The notes beneath the pieces were generated by a model. It searched no databases. It was given only the letters and a program-made list of their open reading frames with translations, and was not told the DNA's origin. Positions 12,175 to 24,832 of a DNA stretch of 64,000 nucleotides are shown piece after piece. The position numbers were made by a program, and so were the translations under genes. This DNA comes from Okamejei kenojei (lineage: Eukaryota). Each line of letters opens with the position of its first letter. The stretch's first letter is position 1. Location of the stretch: NCBI GenBank assembly GCA_035221665.1, contig CM069153.1, forward strand, positions 40,114,001 to 40,178,000, given 5' to 3'.

Positions 12175-12321
12175 CTGCTTTAACTGCTGGTTGCTGGTTC
12201 TGTGGCGGACGCTCTTGTGGTAATACTGGGTGAAGCCGCGGGGTCGAGCGTTCGTCATTGCGAGCCTGGTGTCGAAGGTAATCATGAGTACTTTTGTATG
12301 AATCCCGCCAATGTGGCGCAC
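12175..12321 (-). CDS. PDGF-A/B-like growth factor, probable exon 3 ((G)APHWRDSYKSTHDYLRHQARNDERSTPRLHPVLPQERPPQNQQPAVKA)
   Basis: Strong acceptor tttgtttgtgctttgtgtcttttaag|, donor GCAG|gtctgc (weaker). 147 nt, open in phase 1-1, and joins exon 2 and exon 4 in frame. CpG-rich and non-repetitive. No recognisable sequence homology. Confidence 0.65.
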
Positions 12322-12649
12322 CTTAAAAGACACAAAGCACAAACAAATCTCACTCAGTTCAACTAGCATGTAATGCCGAGCCCACATCTACCACGAGACA
12401 TCATGTGGTTGTGCAAAATGCTCAGCTGATGAGATAATAGCCCTGGGCAGGCATTCACAGGGATTGAAGATGCCAGAGATTGTTGAATTTGATGTGACTT
12501 GAGTGGTTAACAGCATCAAGGAGCCAATTGTTATGCAGAATTATTGCATAACACTGCAAAAGCATCCAAGTTCGGAGTTCTGGCATCAACATGTCAGCCC
12601 TCTTTATTCCCCACGCAAAATACGTGGCACAGATTCAGTATTGTTATCG

Positions 12650-13080
12650 ATGGTGGACGCAGCCCAGACCATCACACAAACCAACCTCCCTTCCATTGAC
12701 TCCATTTACACCTCGTCCTCACGCCGCCTCTGCAAGACCCCCAACATAATCTAGGAGGAGTCGCACCCTGGCCACTCCCTCTTCTCCCCTCACCCATCAG
12801 GCAAGAGGTACAGAAGTGTGAAAACGCACACATCCAGATTCAGGGACAGTTTCTTCCCAGCTCTTTCAGACAACTGAACCATCCGACCAACAACTAGAGA
12901 GCAGTCCTGAGCTACCGTCTACCTCATTGGAGACCCTCGGGCTATCTTTAATCAGACTTTACTGGACTTTATCTTGCACTATTAACTGTAATCATGTATT
13001 GTCTTTCTGCTTGCTGGTTAGCACGCAACAAAATGTTTCACTGCACCTACAGTAGGTACACGTGACAATAAACTAAACCA
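12650..13080 (+). mobile_element. Rex1/Babar-like LINE 3' fragment
   Basis: VDAAQTITQTNLPSIDSIYT remnant and family 3' UTR. Confidence 0.75.
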
Positions 13081-13659
13081 AAGGGACTTTATTGCTTTAC
13101 GTGTGTGCTCATTGTCAACAGCCCACAAGTGGATTGTTGATTATTAAAGGATTATCAAGAGAGAGTTAGATTTAGCTCCTAGGGCTAAAGGAATCAAGGG
13201 ATATGGAGAAAAAGCAGGAACGGGGTACTGATTTTAGATGATCAGCCATGATCATATTTAATGGCGGTGCTGGCTCAAAGGGCCAAATGGCCTACTCCTG
13301 TACCTATTTTTCTATGTTTCTAACAATTGCTAGAGCCTGTGAACTGGGCACAGAGCTTGGGGGACTGTTTTAGGCACTACCTAAATCATGGGATAAACTT
13401 CAAAATATTGCAGTCAAATTGCAGACAAGACTGACAAGATTGTGGGGAAGTAATAATTACCTTCATTAATTCCAGTAATTTGCATAAGTCAGTGGGCATG
13501 CTCATTATTAGGGAGGAAGCAGCTTAAATTATTTGTGTTTAATTTTTAAAACACTTAAATTACCACCATTGAATCACGACTGCCGAGTGTTTTACTCTAG
13601 TAATTGTATTTATCAAAACACATCCCTTGGTGCCTATCACTCCAGTTGAGGTACGTGGT

Positions 13660-14280
13660 ACGTTTAGGTTGTGGACACTGCTGCACCTCTGTCTGGATTG
13701 TGGGACTGGATGGGCAGCGAGGGGGTCAGGAAGAGGTCTACACGCCACTAGAGTTGTGGGTCGCCGCGCGGGAGCTCCCGAATGCTGAGACTGCAGGTGA
13801 ACATCGCGGTGCTGTGGAGCGGCCAGCTGACTTTAACATCAGGAGCCTGGGATCTCTCGGTGAGATCACCAGTGGCGGAGCTCCATCCAGCGCGGCCTGC
13901 CGGCTTCGGAAGCCGCGGTCTCCGGTAAGGAAGCGGCCGTTCCAGGTGTCTCAAGCCGCTGAGAGGGTTCTCCCGACTCCGGAGCACCATTACCCGGCGA
14001 GAGGGCCTGAAACACCTGGGCGCCATAGCAGAGGCCCGACTATGGGCCTCTGAAGAGGCCCGACTATGGGCGGACAAGGCGATGGGGACTGGACTTTGTG
14101 CCTTCCCTCACAGTGGGAAACATTGTGGGGGGATGTTTTTATGTTTAGTGTTACATTCTTTAATGTTGAGTCTTATCTTTATTTGTGTGCTGCAATGGCA
14201 AGTCAAATTTCACTACACCAATTGGTGTATGTGACAATAAATGTCCTTTGTATTTGTATTGTATTTGTATTTGTATTTGC
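13660..14280 (+). mobile_element. Unclassified GC-rich retroposon with (TATTTG)n tail
   Basis: CpG-rich body, then gtgacaataaa and a microsatellite tail like the LINE 3' ends in the window. Confidence 0.5.
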
Positions 14281-16967
14281 ATAATGTTTATGTGTAGGAA
14301 GGAACTACAGATGCTGGTTTACACCGAAGATAGACACAATATCTGGAGTAACTCAGCGGGTCAGACAGTATCTCTGGAGGAAAGTAATAGGCGACGTTTT
14401 GTTTCGAGACGTCGAACTATTGAGACGTTATTGAGTTATCGAGAGCAGAAATGTCACCTATTCCTTTTCTCCAGAGATGCTGCCTGACCCGATAGTTACT
14501 CCAGCATTTTATGTCTATCTGATACAGTTTAGTTTAGTTTAGTTTAAAAATATGGCATGGAAACGGGCCCTTCAGGCACTGAGGCTACGATGATCATCAA
14601 ATCACCTGTTTCACACATTCTATGTTTTCCAACATTCTCATCCGACATACCTTGGGCAATTTACAGAAGCCAATTGACCTCCAAACCCGCACATCTTAGG
14701 GATGTTGGAGGAAACTGGAGCACACGGAGGAACAGGGAGAACATGAAGACTCCACACAGACAGCACCCAAGGTCAGGATCAAACCCGGGTCTCTGGCATT
14801 GTGAGGCAGCATCTCTACCAGCGTCGTCACTGTGCTGCCACTTGTAAGCTCACGAGGTAAGTTGGGCCTCATTTATGTCACTTAACAGGAGGGATGATTG
14901 TTGTTAACAGGATAAGCGCAAGACACGATGCCTCCCAGCTTCTGTGACCTAGGCTCAGTCCTGATCTCGGGGGGCCATCTTTATTGAGTGTATACACCCT
15001 ACCCCTGACCATGTGGTTTTCTTCTGGGTTATTTGGATTTGCTGGGTTGCAGGTTAGCCCATTATACAAGTTCCCCTTGTAGTGAAGGTGAACAGCAAGA
15101 GAAACAACAGGGAATTGATGGACACAGTGAGAATAGTTTACTGGGAAAGAAGTGACAGGAATCTCTGAGAGCCAACGTCGAGTTAATGGATCAAAGAGCC
15201 TCCTTCAGCATTGTGTGAAATATGAAATGACTTGAAGTATGAATAAATATGAAACATTATAACTATGCATTGGGTCACAGATCCTTTAACCCTTATTTGA
15301 TCAGACAACAAAAGATGAGAATGACATTAAAATTGGAACATTTATGACGTTTCCAAAATTCCTGGAAAGTCAATGGGCATCTAAGCATAAAGTAATATTA
15401 TGACTATATTATTATATCATATGAAATATTAGGTGAGGCAAGAACAGTGGTTATTGGGGTTCAGACTCGAGTTTGGTCCTGACCTCAGGTGCTGTCCGTG
15501 TGGAGTTTGCACATTCTCCCTGTGACCACTTGGGATTCCTCCCATATCCCAAAGGATGCATGGATTTGTAGGTTCAATAGGACTCTGCAAATTGCCCCAA
15601 GTGTGTGGATATGGATGCAAAAGTGACATAGACGTATTGTAAACAGGTGATCAATGGACAGCATGGATCTGGTAGGCCGAAAGGCCTGTTTCCATGCTGT
15701 ATCATTCAATAAATCAAAACAGGGCCTTGTTATTGTAAAGATATAAGCACACAGACACATTGTGCTGTGTTATTGAATTATTTTATGCTAACATACAGTA
15801 TGTGTTAACTGTTTATTTTAAATAATTTAATATCTCCCTGAAAATAAAAGGAAATCAATATGCAGGCCAAATGATTATCAGCTAATGTCTTCATGTCCTA
15901 ATCTCAATGGTCAAATGTAAATCACTTTGAAAATTAGTGAAAACTTTTCATTAAAACTTTTCATTGTGCCTATGGAATCATAATACATTTTTTTTTAATT
16001 AATTTCTTAATTCTTTGGAAGATTGTTGAAATGAATCATAATGATCATATAAAACGTTTCCTTTTGAAGCATCTTCAAAAGGGTGAGATTGTACCTAATC
16101 AAATATATTGAATTAAACCATGAACGGAAAATAATTGAAATGGTGGGAAAACGTGTGATGAGTGGGTCAGAAGATTGTGATTAAGAGCAAATAAATTGAA
16201 TGTGGCAGCTTTCAACATCTGCCTTTAGAGAGGATATTAAAAATGAGAATTATTTTGAATGTATCATGCATAAAGATTGCATAATTAATAGGTGCGCTCA
16301 TTCTGGACAAAATATGATGAACTTTACTGGTATACCTTCCGTCAAGCTGACACTATGGCAATCCTCATTGCAAGCTGGGTAACCTGATCCCTTATTTAGA
16401 CCAAAGATTGAGAGTGGGCCTGACAAGGTAGATGTTGTGATATTTGTACTGGTGGTAGAGTTGCAAACTAGGGAACATAGTTGCAAGGGGCACAAATTTA
16501 AAAAAGAGGCACGTAAACATTTAAGGGGGTGACAAATCTCTGGAATCCGACTTAACTAGACATTACCTTGCACTAAATGTAATTAATGCCCTTTATCCTG
16601 TATTGAACACTGTGGACAGCTTCATTGTAATCATGGATAGTTCTTTTTGCTGACTGGATAGTACGCAACAGAAAGCTTTTCCCTGTCTCTCGGTACGCAT
16701 GACAATAATAAATAATCTAAACTATAATAAACCTTTCCTTTCAATGTATTGTACCTATCCAAATATCTTTTAGATGTTAACAAGATATCGTACTATCTGT
16801 ACAGTTTCAGCTAGGTCCCAGCTGTACTTGAAACATACTTCAGGGTCTCTGAGCATTGGTTTCCTGCCAATCTGCAGCTCCATCATAAGGGCAGCTAAGC
16901 AGAAGGCCCCCGTTTGGGATTAGATGCACATTCCATTAGAGGCAAACAGGAACTCTGCTTAAGTGAA

Positions 16968-17665
16968 TTTAGTTTAGTTTAGGTTAGTTTAGAGATACAG
17001 AGTAGAAACGGGCCAATCGGCCCACCGAGTCCGCAACGACTTGCACACTAACACTATCGTACACGCACTGGGGACAATTTTTACATTTATACCAAGCCAA
17101 TTAAACATATAAGATTGTTAAGGGCTTGGACACGCTAGAGGCAGGAAACATGTTCCCGATGTTGGGGGAGTCCAGAACCAGGGGCCACAGTTTAAGACTA
17201 AGGAGTAAGCCATTTAGAACGGAGACGAGGAAACACTTTTTCTCACAGAGAGTGGTGAGTCTGTGGAATTCTCTGCCTCAGAGGGCAGTGGAGGCAGGTT
17301 CTCTGGATGCTTTCAAGAGAAAGCTAGACAGGGCTCTTAAAAATAGCGGAGTCAGGGGATATGGGGAGAAGGCAGGAATGGGGTACTGATTGGGGATGAT
17401 CAGCCATGATCACATTGAATGGCGGTGCTGGCTCGAAGGGCCGAATGGCCTACTCCTGAACCTATTGTCTATTGCCTATTGTCTAATTAACGTACAAAAC
17501 TATACATCTATATGGAGTGTGGGAGGAAACCGAAGTTCTTGGAGAAAACCCATGGAGGTCACGGGCAGAACGTACAAACTCCGTGCAGACGGCACCCCTA
17601 GTCAGGATCGAGCCCGGGTCTCTGGCGCTGTAAGGCAGCAACTCTACTGCTGCGCCACCGTGCAG
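16968..17665 (-). mobile_element. HE1-like V-SINE interrupted by a CR1 fragment
   Basis: SINE halves at 16968-17104 and 17485-17665. Confidence 0.8.
17105..17484 (+). mobile_element. CR1/HER1-like LINE 3' end
   Basis: MFPMLGESRTRGHSLR..FFSQRVVSLWNSLPQRAVEA; (CTATTGT)n tail; TSD aattaa. Confidence 0.9.
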
Positions 17666-19616
17666 CCCGGACATCTGATTTTGATTGTTTCAGAGATTCG
17701 CCAGCAGAGTCATTAATGATTGGGTATTCTTAAATGCCCAGCTGACCATAAAATAAAATCGGGAGCATCTACATACGTGACAGAATGATACGGCCTCAGC
17801 GGGGATTGTTAAACAGTGAGAGGGCAGAATCAATGGCTATTGCCACAGAATTTCCTTAACATTTGACTGGATGCAGTATATAATGATGGAAGACAAATTG
17901 TTAACACTATTCCAAAATGTACAAATGTCAGAGCTATTTATAGATTGGCTTCCTTGGCATTGAGAGTTGAAAATATTTGTGCCTGTAAATTAGAAACGTG
18001 CCAAGTATATTTAATGCTTCATTTGTTTAACTTTCACCCCAGTTTTATTTTTCTCAATCAGACGTTTATATAGAGCTTGCTTGAGCCTAGAGCTAACGGG
18101 AAGAAGTTTTTTTGATTTCCTCTCCTTAGTTTGTTCCTTTACTTGATAACTGGTGCTCCTTTTTTCTTCGTCTCGCTTGCTCCATTCCCCAAGTCAATGC
18201 TCTCCTCTGTCCGAACCATTCCCCACGTTACCGGGGTTGTTTCCTCATTCGTGTTCTCCTGTTTCTTCAGTGATGCCACGGGCAGGAAGATTGAGCAAGA
18301 TCGGCTCGAGAGAGCAGCCTCCTCCAGGCAAAGGGGCAGGCAAGTTTAGGCAGGAAGGATAAACCCAGCAGGAGGAAACAAAATAACTCAGCAAGACCAG
18401 GCAGAAATAGCGGAAGAAAAACAAAAACCAAAGAGAAAGTCCCAAAAAGTTTTCCGTTAACACAGGCTAGGTTGTGGGCAAAAGGGTGAAGAATAGCACA
18501 AACCCAACACCCAAAGAATTTTCACCTCGACCTGGGTGATTTTCGGTAACATTTTGATTCTGAAGAGCAGAAATATACAAAGATTAGGAAATCCAACGCA
18601 CCCCAGCTGCAAAATAGCTGAAGCAAGAACATCTCTTAGAAGCTACACATCATCTTGGAATTAATGTGTCTGGTAAAGAGAGCAGATTGCATACTGCAGA
18701 TCCTTTTATGAACTGAAATCCTTGCTGCAGCAACTTGTTAAAAGTTTAAGTCATTCTTTGAGAGCTCAAGATCAAAGTGGCCATTAGCAGCAAAATAGAA
18801 TAGACCACAAAAGTCCCAGAAGATAAACATCCATTGAAATGCTCGCAGCGAAAGTACCCAGTAAAACCGTACAGAAATAACAAACATATCAATGTACAGT
18901 AGTTCCCAATAACAATTAACTTCAAACACCGACACTGGATGTTTTATGCAGAGACCTTTATCCTGGAATTGACAGCATTTTTTTGTTTACTGAAGACTTT
19001 ATGAACAGTTTTTTATCTATTCACAATCTCTTGGACACAATCAGGAAGCTGCTGATGAAGAGGGGGAGAAAACAAGGAAGAATGCATGACAATGAGGAAG
19101 AAGAGATGGTATTGATTGTATATCTAGACACAGCATAATCCAGTCAGTGAAACTCAGAAATTTAAATCCAAATCATCTCCAGCACTCTTGAACACTTTCC
19201 TCTTTTCCATTGTCCAGCTCTGAACCGTGAATCTTCTGAATCTGGAAGTTATCTTGATACTGAAAATAGCAAGCTAGACAACTGGATAATGCTCACTCGG
19301 TCAAATATATCATTCAAATGTTTCACACGTGTAATAATATTGTGCTCCTTACCTGCACACAAAGGATGCCTGGTATTTCACATTTAAAGCAATACTGGAT
19401 ACTCATGATTGCGAAACTATTGTGAGTAAGAGATTTGCTAAGATTTAAAATTAAAACTCCATAAACCATAGCCAATCCAAACCCAACCAAAGCCTGGGTA
19501 TTTTTCATGTATTTCATACCCATCCCAATAATTTGTAATAAAGTATGAAAAGACACTAGCTAAAAAAGAATTTCACTATACCTCAGTACAAGTGACAATG
19601 TAGAACCATTCTTCTA

Positions 19617-20285
19617 CTGTCAGAGTGAGGTCGAACACAAATTGGAGGAACAGCACCACATATTTCGCTTGGGCATCTTACAACCCTGTGGTATGAATAT
19701 TTATTTCTCGAATTTCAAGTAACCCTGACTTTTCCTCTCTCCGTCCCTCTGCCATCCTAGTTCTCCAACTAGTTTCATTGTCCTCCTGATTAAATTTTAC
19801 TGTTTATATGCCTTGTTGTCACCTTCTCCTCAGCTAACAATGAATCATTCTACATTTTCCTTGATCATCTTCCCCTTTGATCAGTCATTTTCAAACCTTA
19901 CCCTTCCATATCTCTATGTCTCCCTCTCACCTGAGTCTCAATCTGAAGAGCCTCAACCCGAAATGTCACCCATTCCTTCTCTCCAGAGATGCTGCCTGTC
20001 CCACTGTGTTACACCAGCATTTTGTGTCTATCTTCACTGAACTATTCGATCAACACAAAGAGCTGGAGTAACTCAGCACGACAGGCAGCATCTCTGGAGA
20101 GAAGGAATGGGTGACGTTGCGGGTCAAGACCCTTCTTCAGACTAGTTAGGGATAAGGGAAAACGAGAGGTATGATGCTTCACTGAACTATTGTTCACTGC
20201 AGGTAGACAGAAATGCTGGAGAAACTCAGCGGGTGAGGCAGCATCAATGGAGTGAAGGTAATAGGCCGGGTCGAAACCCTTGGTC
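19617..20285. mobile_element. Penelope-like 3' end followed by inverted pseudo-LTR copies
   Basis: GIY-YIG C-terminal remnant (KLEEQHHIFRLGILQPCGMNI) on +, then minus-strand pseudo-LTR pieces at about 20050-20170 and 20200-20282. Confidence 0.75.
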
Positions 20286-21660
20286 ACTGCATGTTTATTG
20301 CTATGGATCAGGAGCAGTAAAATTTACTGCAGGACTAAGGACATCATTCTATGATGATCTGGGTAAAGTATTAAGCTGAGCTCATACAATATGGCCCACC
20401 CTGGTCAGACTCTCCCTGACTAAAGTCAGTTATAAATAGTTGTGTCCCATCAGCATCAGAGTAGGTAGTGTGGCTCAGTGTTGGGTGGTGAATGGATGAC
20501 ATCTTCGTGGCTGTTGGTTAAGAGATAAATAAGTACGGATGAGAGTAACAGGCAGAACATGACCAGACTGGGGAGTTAAATGGAGACACAAGGTACGGCA
20601 GATGCTGGAATCTTGAACAAAGCACAAAGTGCTGGAGAAACTCAGCTGGTCAGGCAGCATCTGGGGTGGGAATGAACAGGGAGAGGGACCTGAACCGAGA
20701 CATTGCTTACCCATTCCCTCCACAGATGCTGACTGACCCGCTGAGTTCCTCCAGCTCTTTGTGTTTGTCTGACCAATTAAACTATTTCTGCTCCCACTCA
20801 CCATAAAATCACCTGGATGTATTAAAAACTGAATTTAAAATGTACCAATATGGTGGAAATATGAAAACTTTATGGCACATTTTTAACAGAAAGAGCCTTT
20901 GGCTTCACATTTCACTCTTCTTCCCTTATCTGGCACCATTTTGTCTAAATGTTTATCTCTAGCCTTTGCCTTCCCATCTGACAATCAAAACCCTTCTCAC
21001 CTGTATCCACCTATCACTTACCATGCGTTGACCTACTCTCGCCTCTCTTCCAGTGCCCCCCCCCCCCGTCCCCCCTTCACTACACAGTTCTAAGGACCCC
21101 GACCCAAAACTTATCCTAATCATGTCCTCCAGTGATGCTGCCTGACCCACTGAGTTACTCCAGTACTTTGACTTTTTTTTTTTGTAAAGCAGCATTTGCA
21201 GTTCCTTGCATTAAAAAAAGTGAATGCTGTTTGTTTAGGTCTGCTGGTCAAGTTGGGAATGGATATAAATATTTGAAAAATAGCATATTTTGGGACATCT
21301 ACACCACCATTAACTTTCCAGGTCTCCTTGCATGACAGTGAAACCACTTGGAAGACAGGAATTCTCTGCAACACGTTTACCGAACACTTGTCCTCATCCA
21401 GTTCAGCTTTTGCACCATAGTCTGAAAGCTGACCTTTCACATTTCACTCACTAGCTGGTCTCATTATATTTTCATTGCAGCACTTTACTGAAGGGATTGC
21501 AATCATTTATTCCCAATGGAACATTTCCAAACTGATGTAGACTTCAGAGAAACAGAAAGAAACCACATGATTTGGAACAAACCTGATTTAGACACAGTTT
21601 AACAGAACATCAATAGTAACTTGTGCTTAAAAATTTAATATGTAGTCATCGTGTTTTTAA

Positions 21661-21928
21661 GTTAGTTTAGTTTAGAGATACGGTGTGGAAACAAGCCCTT
21701 CGTCCACACCGACCAGCGATCCCCGCACACTAACACACAAGGGACAATTTACAATTTTACCAAGCCAATTAGCCTACAAACCTGTACGTCTTTGGAGTGT
21801 GGGAGGAAACTGGAGCATCCGAACAAAACCCACGGGAAGAATGTACAAACTCCGTACAGACAGCACCCGCGAATACGGGGTCTCCGGCGCTGTAAGGCAG
21901 CAACTATACCGCTGGGCCACCGTGTCGC
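21661..21928 (-). mobile_element. HE1-like V-SINE
   Basis: SINE core and tail, with internal deletions. Confidence 0.8.
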
Positions 21929-22147
21929 CTGTTTGTTGCTTATTGTTTATTGCTTCTTGATAATAACATAAACCTTACGCTCCAGTGTGAAAATGGAAAC
22001 ATTGGTTAGTGCCTCTCGTGAAGCAAATGTCTAGGAAATGCAAGTCTTTCACGAGGTTTCATAAACTCTGCTTTCTTGGTCGGTGTCACCTGGTTGCTTG
22101 AAGAGATTTTTAGCAAAGAGTTATTTTAAAAATATGCTTTTTAGTCA

Positions 22148-22742
22148 ACATAGAAACATAGAAACATAGAAATTAGGTGCAGGAGTAGGCCATTCAGCCC
22201 TTCGAGCCTGCACCGCCATTCAATATGATCATGGCTGATCATCCAACTCAGTATCCCGTACCTGCCTTCTCTCCATACCCTCTGATCCCCTTAGCCACAA
22301 GGGCCACATCCAACTCACTCTTAAATATAGCCAATGAACTGGCCTCAACTACCCTCTGTGGCAGAGAGTTCCAGAGACTCACCACTCTCTGTGTGAAAAA
22401 AGTCTTTCTCATCTCGGTCTTAAAGGATTTCCCCCTTATCCTTAAGCTGTGACCCCTTGTCCTGGACTTCCCCAACATCGGGAACAATCTTCCTGCATCT
22501 AGCCTGTCCAACCCCTTAAGAATTTTGTAAGTTTCTATAAGATCCCCTCTTAATCTCCTAAATTCCAGAGAGTATAAACCGAGTCTATCCAGTCTTTCTT
22601 CATAAGACAGTCCTGACATCCCAGGAATCAGTCTGGTGAACCTTCTCTGCACTCCCTCTATGGCAATAATGTCCTTCCTCAGATTTGGAGACCAAAACTG
22701 CACGCAATACTCCAGGTGTGGTCTCACCAAGACCCTGTACAA
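22148..22742 (-). mobile_element. CR1/HER1-like LINE 3' end, low divergence
   Basis: Uninterrupted frame LYRVLVRPHLEYCVQFWSP..EGVQRRFTRLIPG..LWNSLPQRVVEA; (TTTCTATG)n tail. Confidence 0.92.
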
Positions 22743-23084
22743 ATCTCTTGTAGTCTGGTGGTTAGGCTGCTGAATCAACAACTCAGCAGTCGTAGGTTCA
22801 ACGTTACTACCTTGCAAGGAATATAATTGACTTAATTTACCCTGGGGATCTCTACACCAGCCACAGAAAGTGATCATAAAAGCTGCTAAAATTCAATCCA
22901 TTCATTTGTGTCCATTGGGGAAGGAAGCCTGCCAGTACCACTTGCTCTCACCCACATGTGATGTGCCAGAGGAACATCAGGTACGAAAATAGGAATGATT
23001 AATAAATACTGGCAGTAGAATTGAAAGCAAATGAGGGATTAAAAAACTTTACTTTGTATAAACCAACTACAGTCTGGGATGGGT

Positions 23085-23590
23085 TGGAAGGAACTACAGA
23101 TGCTGGTTTATACCGAAGATAGGCACAAAATGCTGGAGTAACTCAACGGGTCAGGCAGCATCTCTGGAGAAAATAAATAGGTGACGTTTTGGGTCCAGAC
23201 CCTTCTTCAGACCGAGACTCAGGGGAGAGGGAAACTAAAGGTATGAAAAGATATAAATCAAAGCCAGCAACGATGATCAAGGAAAGGTGGAACCCACTAG
23301 GGTCGATAGTTGGCTGTGAAAAAGGTGACAATGAATGGATTAAACTGTGAAACCAAGCAGGACGGCAGTGAAACTAGTAGGACGGCTAGGGTGGGGGAGG
23401 GATGGAGAGAAAGGGAATGCAAGGGTTACTTGAAATTAGAGAAATCAATATTCATGCCGCTGGGTTATAAACTACCCACGCAAAATATGCATTGCTGTTC
23501 CTCCAATTTGCGTTTGGCCTCACTCTGACAGTGGAGGAGGCCCAGGTCAGTGTGGGAATGGGAAGGGGAGTTAAAGTGTTTGGCAACCAG
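23085..23590 (-). mobile_element. Penelope-like element 3' end (GIY-YIG plus pseudo-LTR with hammerhead-like motif)
   Basis: VAKHFNSPSHSHTDLGLLHCQSEAKRKLEEQ..SGMNIDFSNFK, followed by ggtCTGAAGAagggtctggacccaaaacGTCacc. Confidence 0.8.
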
Positions 23591-23947
23591 AAGATGCCAG
23601 AAGTCTGCATGGAGTCTGACATTGTGGCACTGAATTGCTGGATTATTCTGCATCATATTATTTTCCTCTCCCTTTGGCACCCTCAGAACAGAGAGGGACC
23701 TGCCTCTAGTCCAGTTCTGTGGCTTCTCAGGTCACTGATGAGGCCCATGTGGGAACTGCAGAGACTATGACAAAGGTTCAGATGGGATGGTGGAGCGGTA
23801 GTTTTGGAGATGACTTGCATCTTACACAATTTATGGTAGATTTCCATCTGTTCATGACACAGAACAGTGAGGTTCTCAGTACCACCCCGGGTGGGGGTTT
23901 TCTCCGTTTTGAGCTATTGTGAGTTCCAGGAATCAGTGAAGATTTAA

Positions 23948-24282
23948 AGCCCTGACCCACTGTAAGAGTTCATTCAAAGGGTTCTACCGAGTTTGCCCTG
24001 ATTCGAACTCGGAGATTTACGGTAATGGCCGCTCGTCGGTACTCGGGGCTCTCGTGGACATTTTTCAACATGTTGAAAAATCTTCACGAGTCTTCCCGTG
24101 CTTACCTGCCGTTAGCGAGTCTTCCCGAGTACCTGCCATTAGCGTTACGAGCCGCTAAGAGACGTCCCCGAGCTCCGACGTACCCGCTGCGTTCATTCTC
24201 CGTGCTTACCACAAGTTAAATTTTTTTTGTTTTTTAAACTCGGGAGAACTCTTGGAATGAACTCGCATCATGGGACAGGGTT
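23948..24282. mobile_element. MITE (PIF/Harbinger-like TIRs), older copy
   Basis: Imperfect TIRs agccctgacccac.. / ..tgggacagggtt; inverted homologue of 53936-54262. Confidence 0.75.
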
Positions 24283-24439
24283 AGTACTTTTTTCCAGGAG
24301 ACTTCATGCACATTCTTGAATCTGTCCACCTGGTGAACTCTTCCCAGGACGGAGTGTCAGAATGAAGGTTCTTGTTCAAGAGTCTTGTTCAAGAGTTAAT
24401 GCAAACGAGGTTGGTCTGCCCAAATGAATTGAATTAGAA

Positions 24440-24832
24440 CCTTATGGAAAGGATTTATGGCCTGGATAGTGTGGATGTGGAAAGGATGTTTCCACTAGTG
24501 GAGGTGCCTAGGACCGGAAGTCATAGCCTCAGAATTAAATGGTGTTCCTTTCAGAAGGAGATGAGGAGGAATTTCTTTCATCAGAGGGTGATGAATTTGT
24601 TGAATTCTTTGCCACAGAAGGCTATGGAGGCCAAGTCAAAGTTATATTTTGAAGGCAGAGATAGATACTTTCCCACTTTTTGCGGTCAGTGCTCCCACTT
24701 GATTCGTGCAGGTGTCAGGGGTTATGGAGACAATGCAAGAGAATGGGGTTTGGAGCGAGAGATAGATCAGCCATGATCAGCAGAGTAGACTTGATGGGCC
24801 GAATGGCCTAATTCTGCTCTTATCACTTATGA
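24440..24832 (+). mobile_element. CR1/HER1-like LINE 3' end
   Basis: GLDSVDVERMFPLV..FFHQRVMNLLNSLPQKAMEA. Confidence 0.85.

Noticed and set aside
13604-14077. Overlapping 109-149 aa GC-rich ORFs
   Set aside because: They lie inside a repeat with a retroposon tail; long ORFs are expected from high GC; no domain recognised.
18245-18463. Hydrophobic ORF that looks like a signal or transmembrane segment
   Set aside because: Non-ATG start, results from purine/pyrimidine skew; the real signal exon is at 59689-59748.
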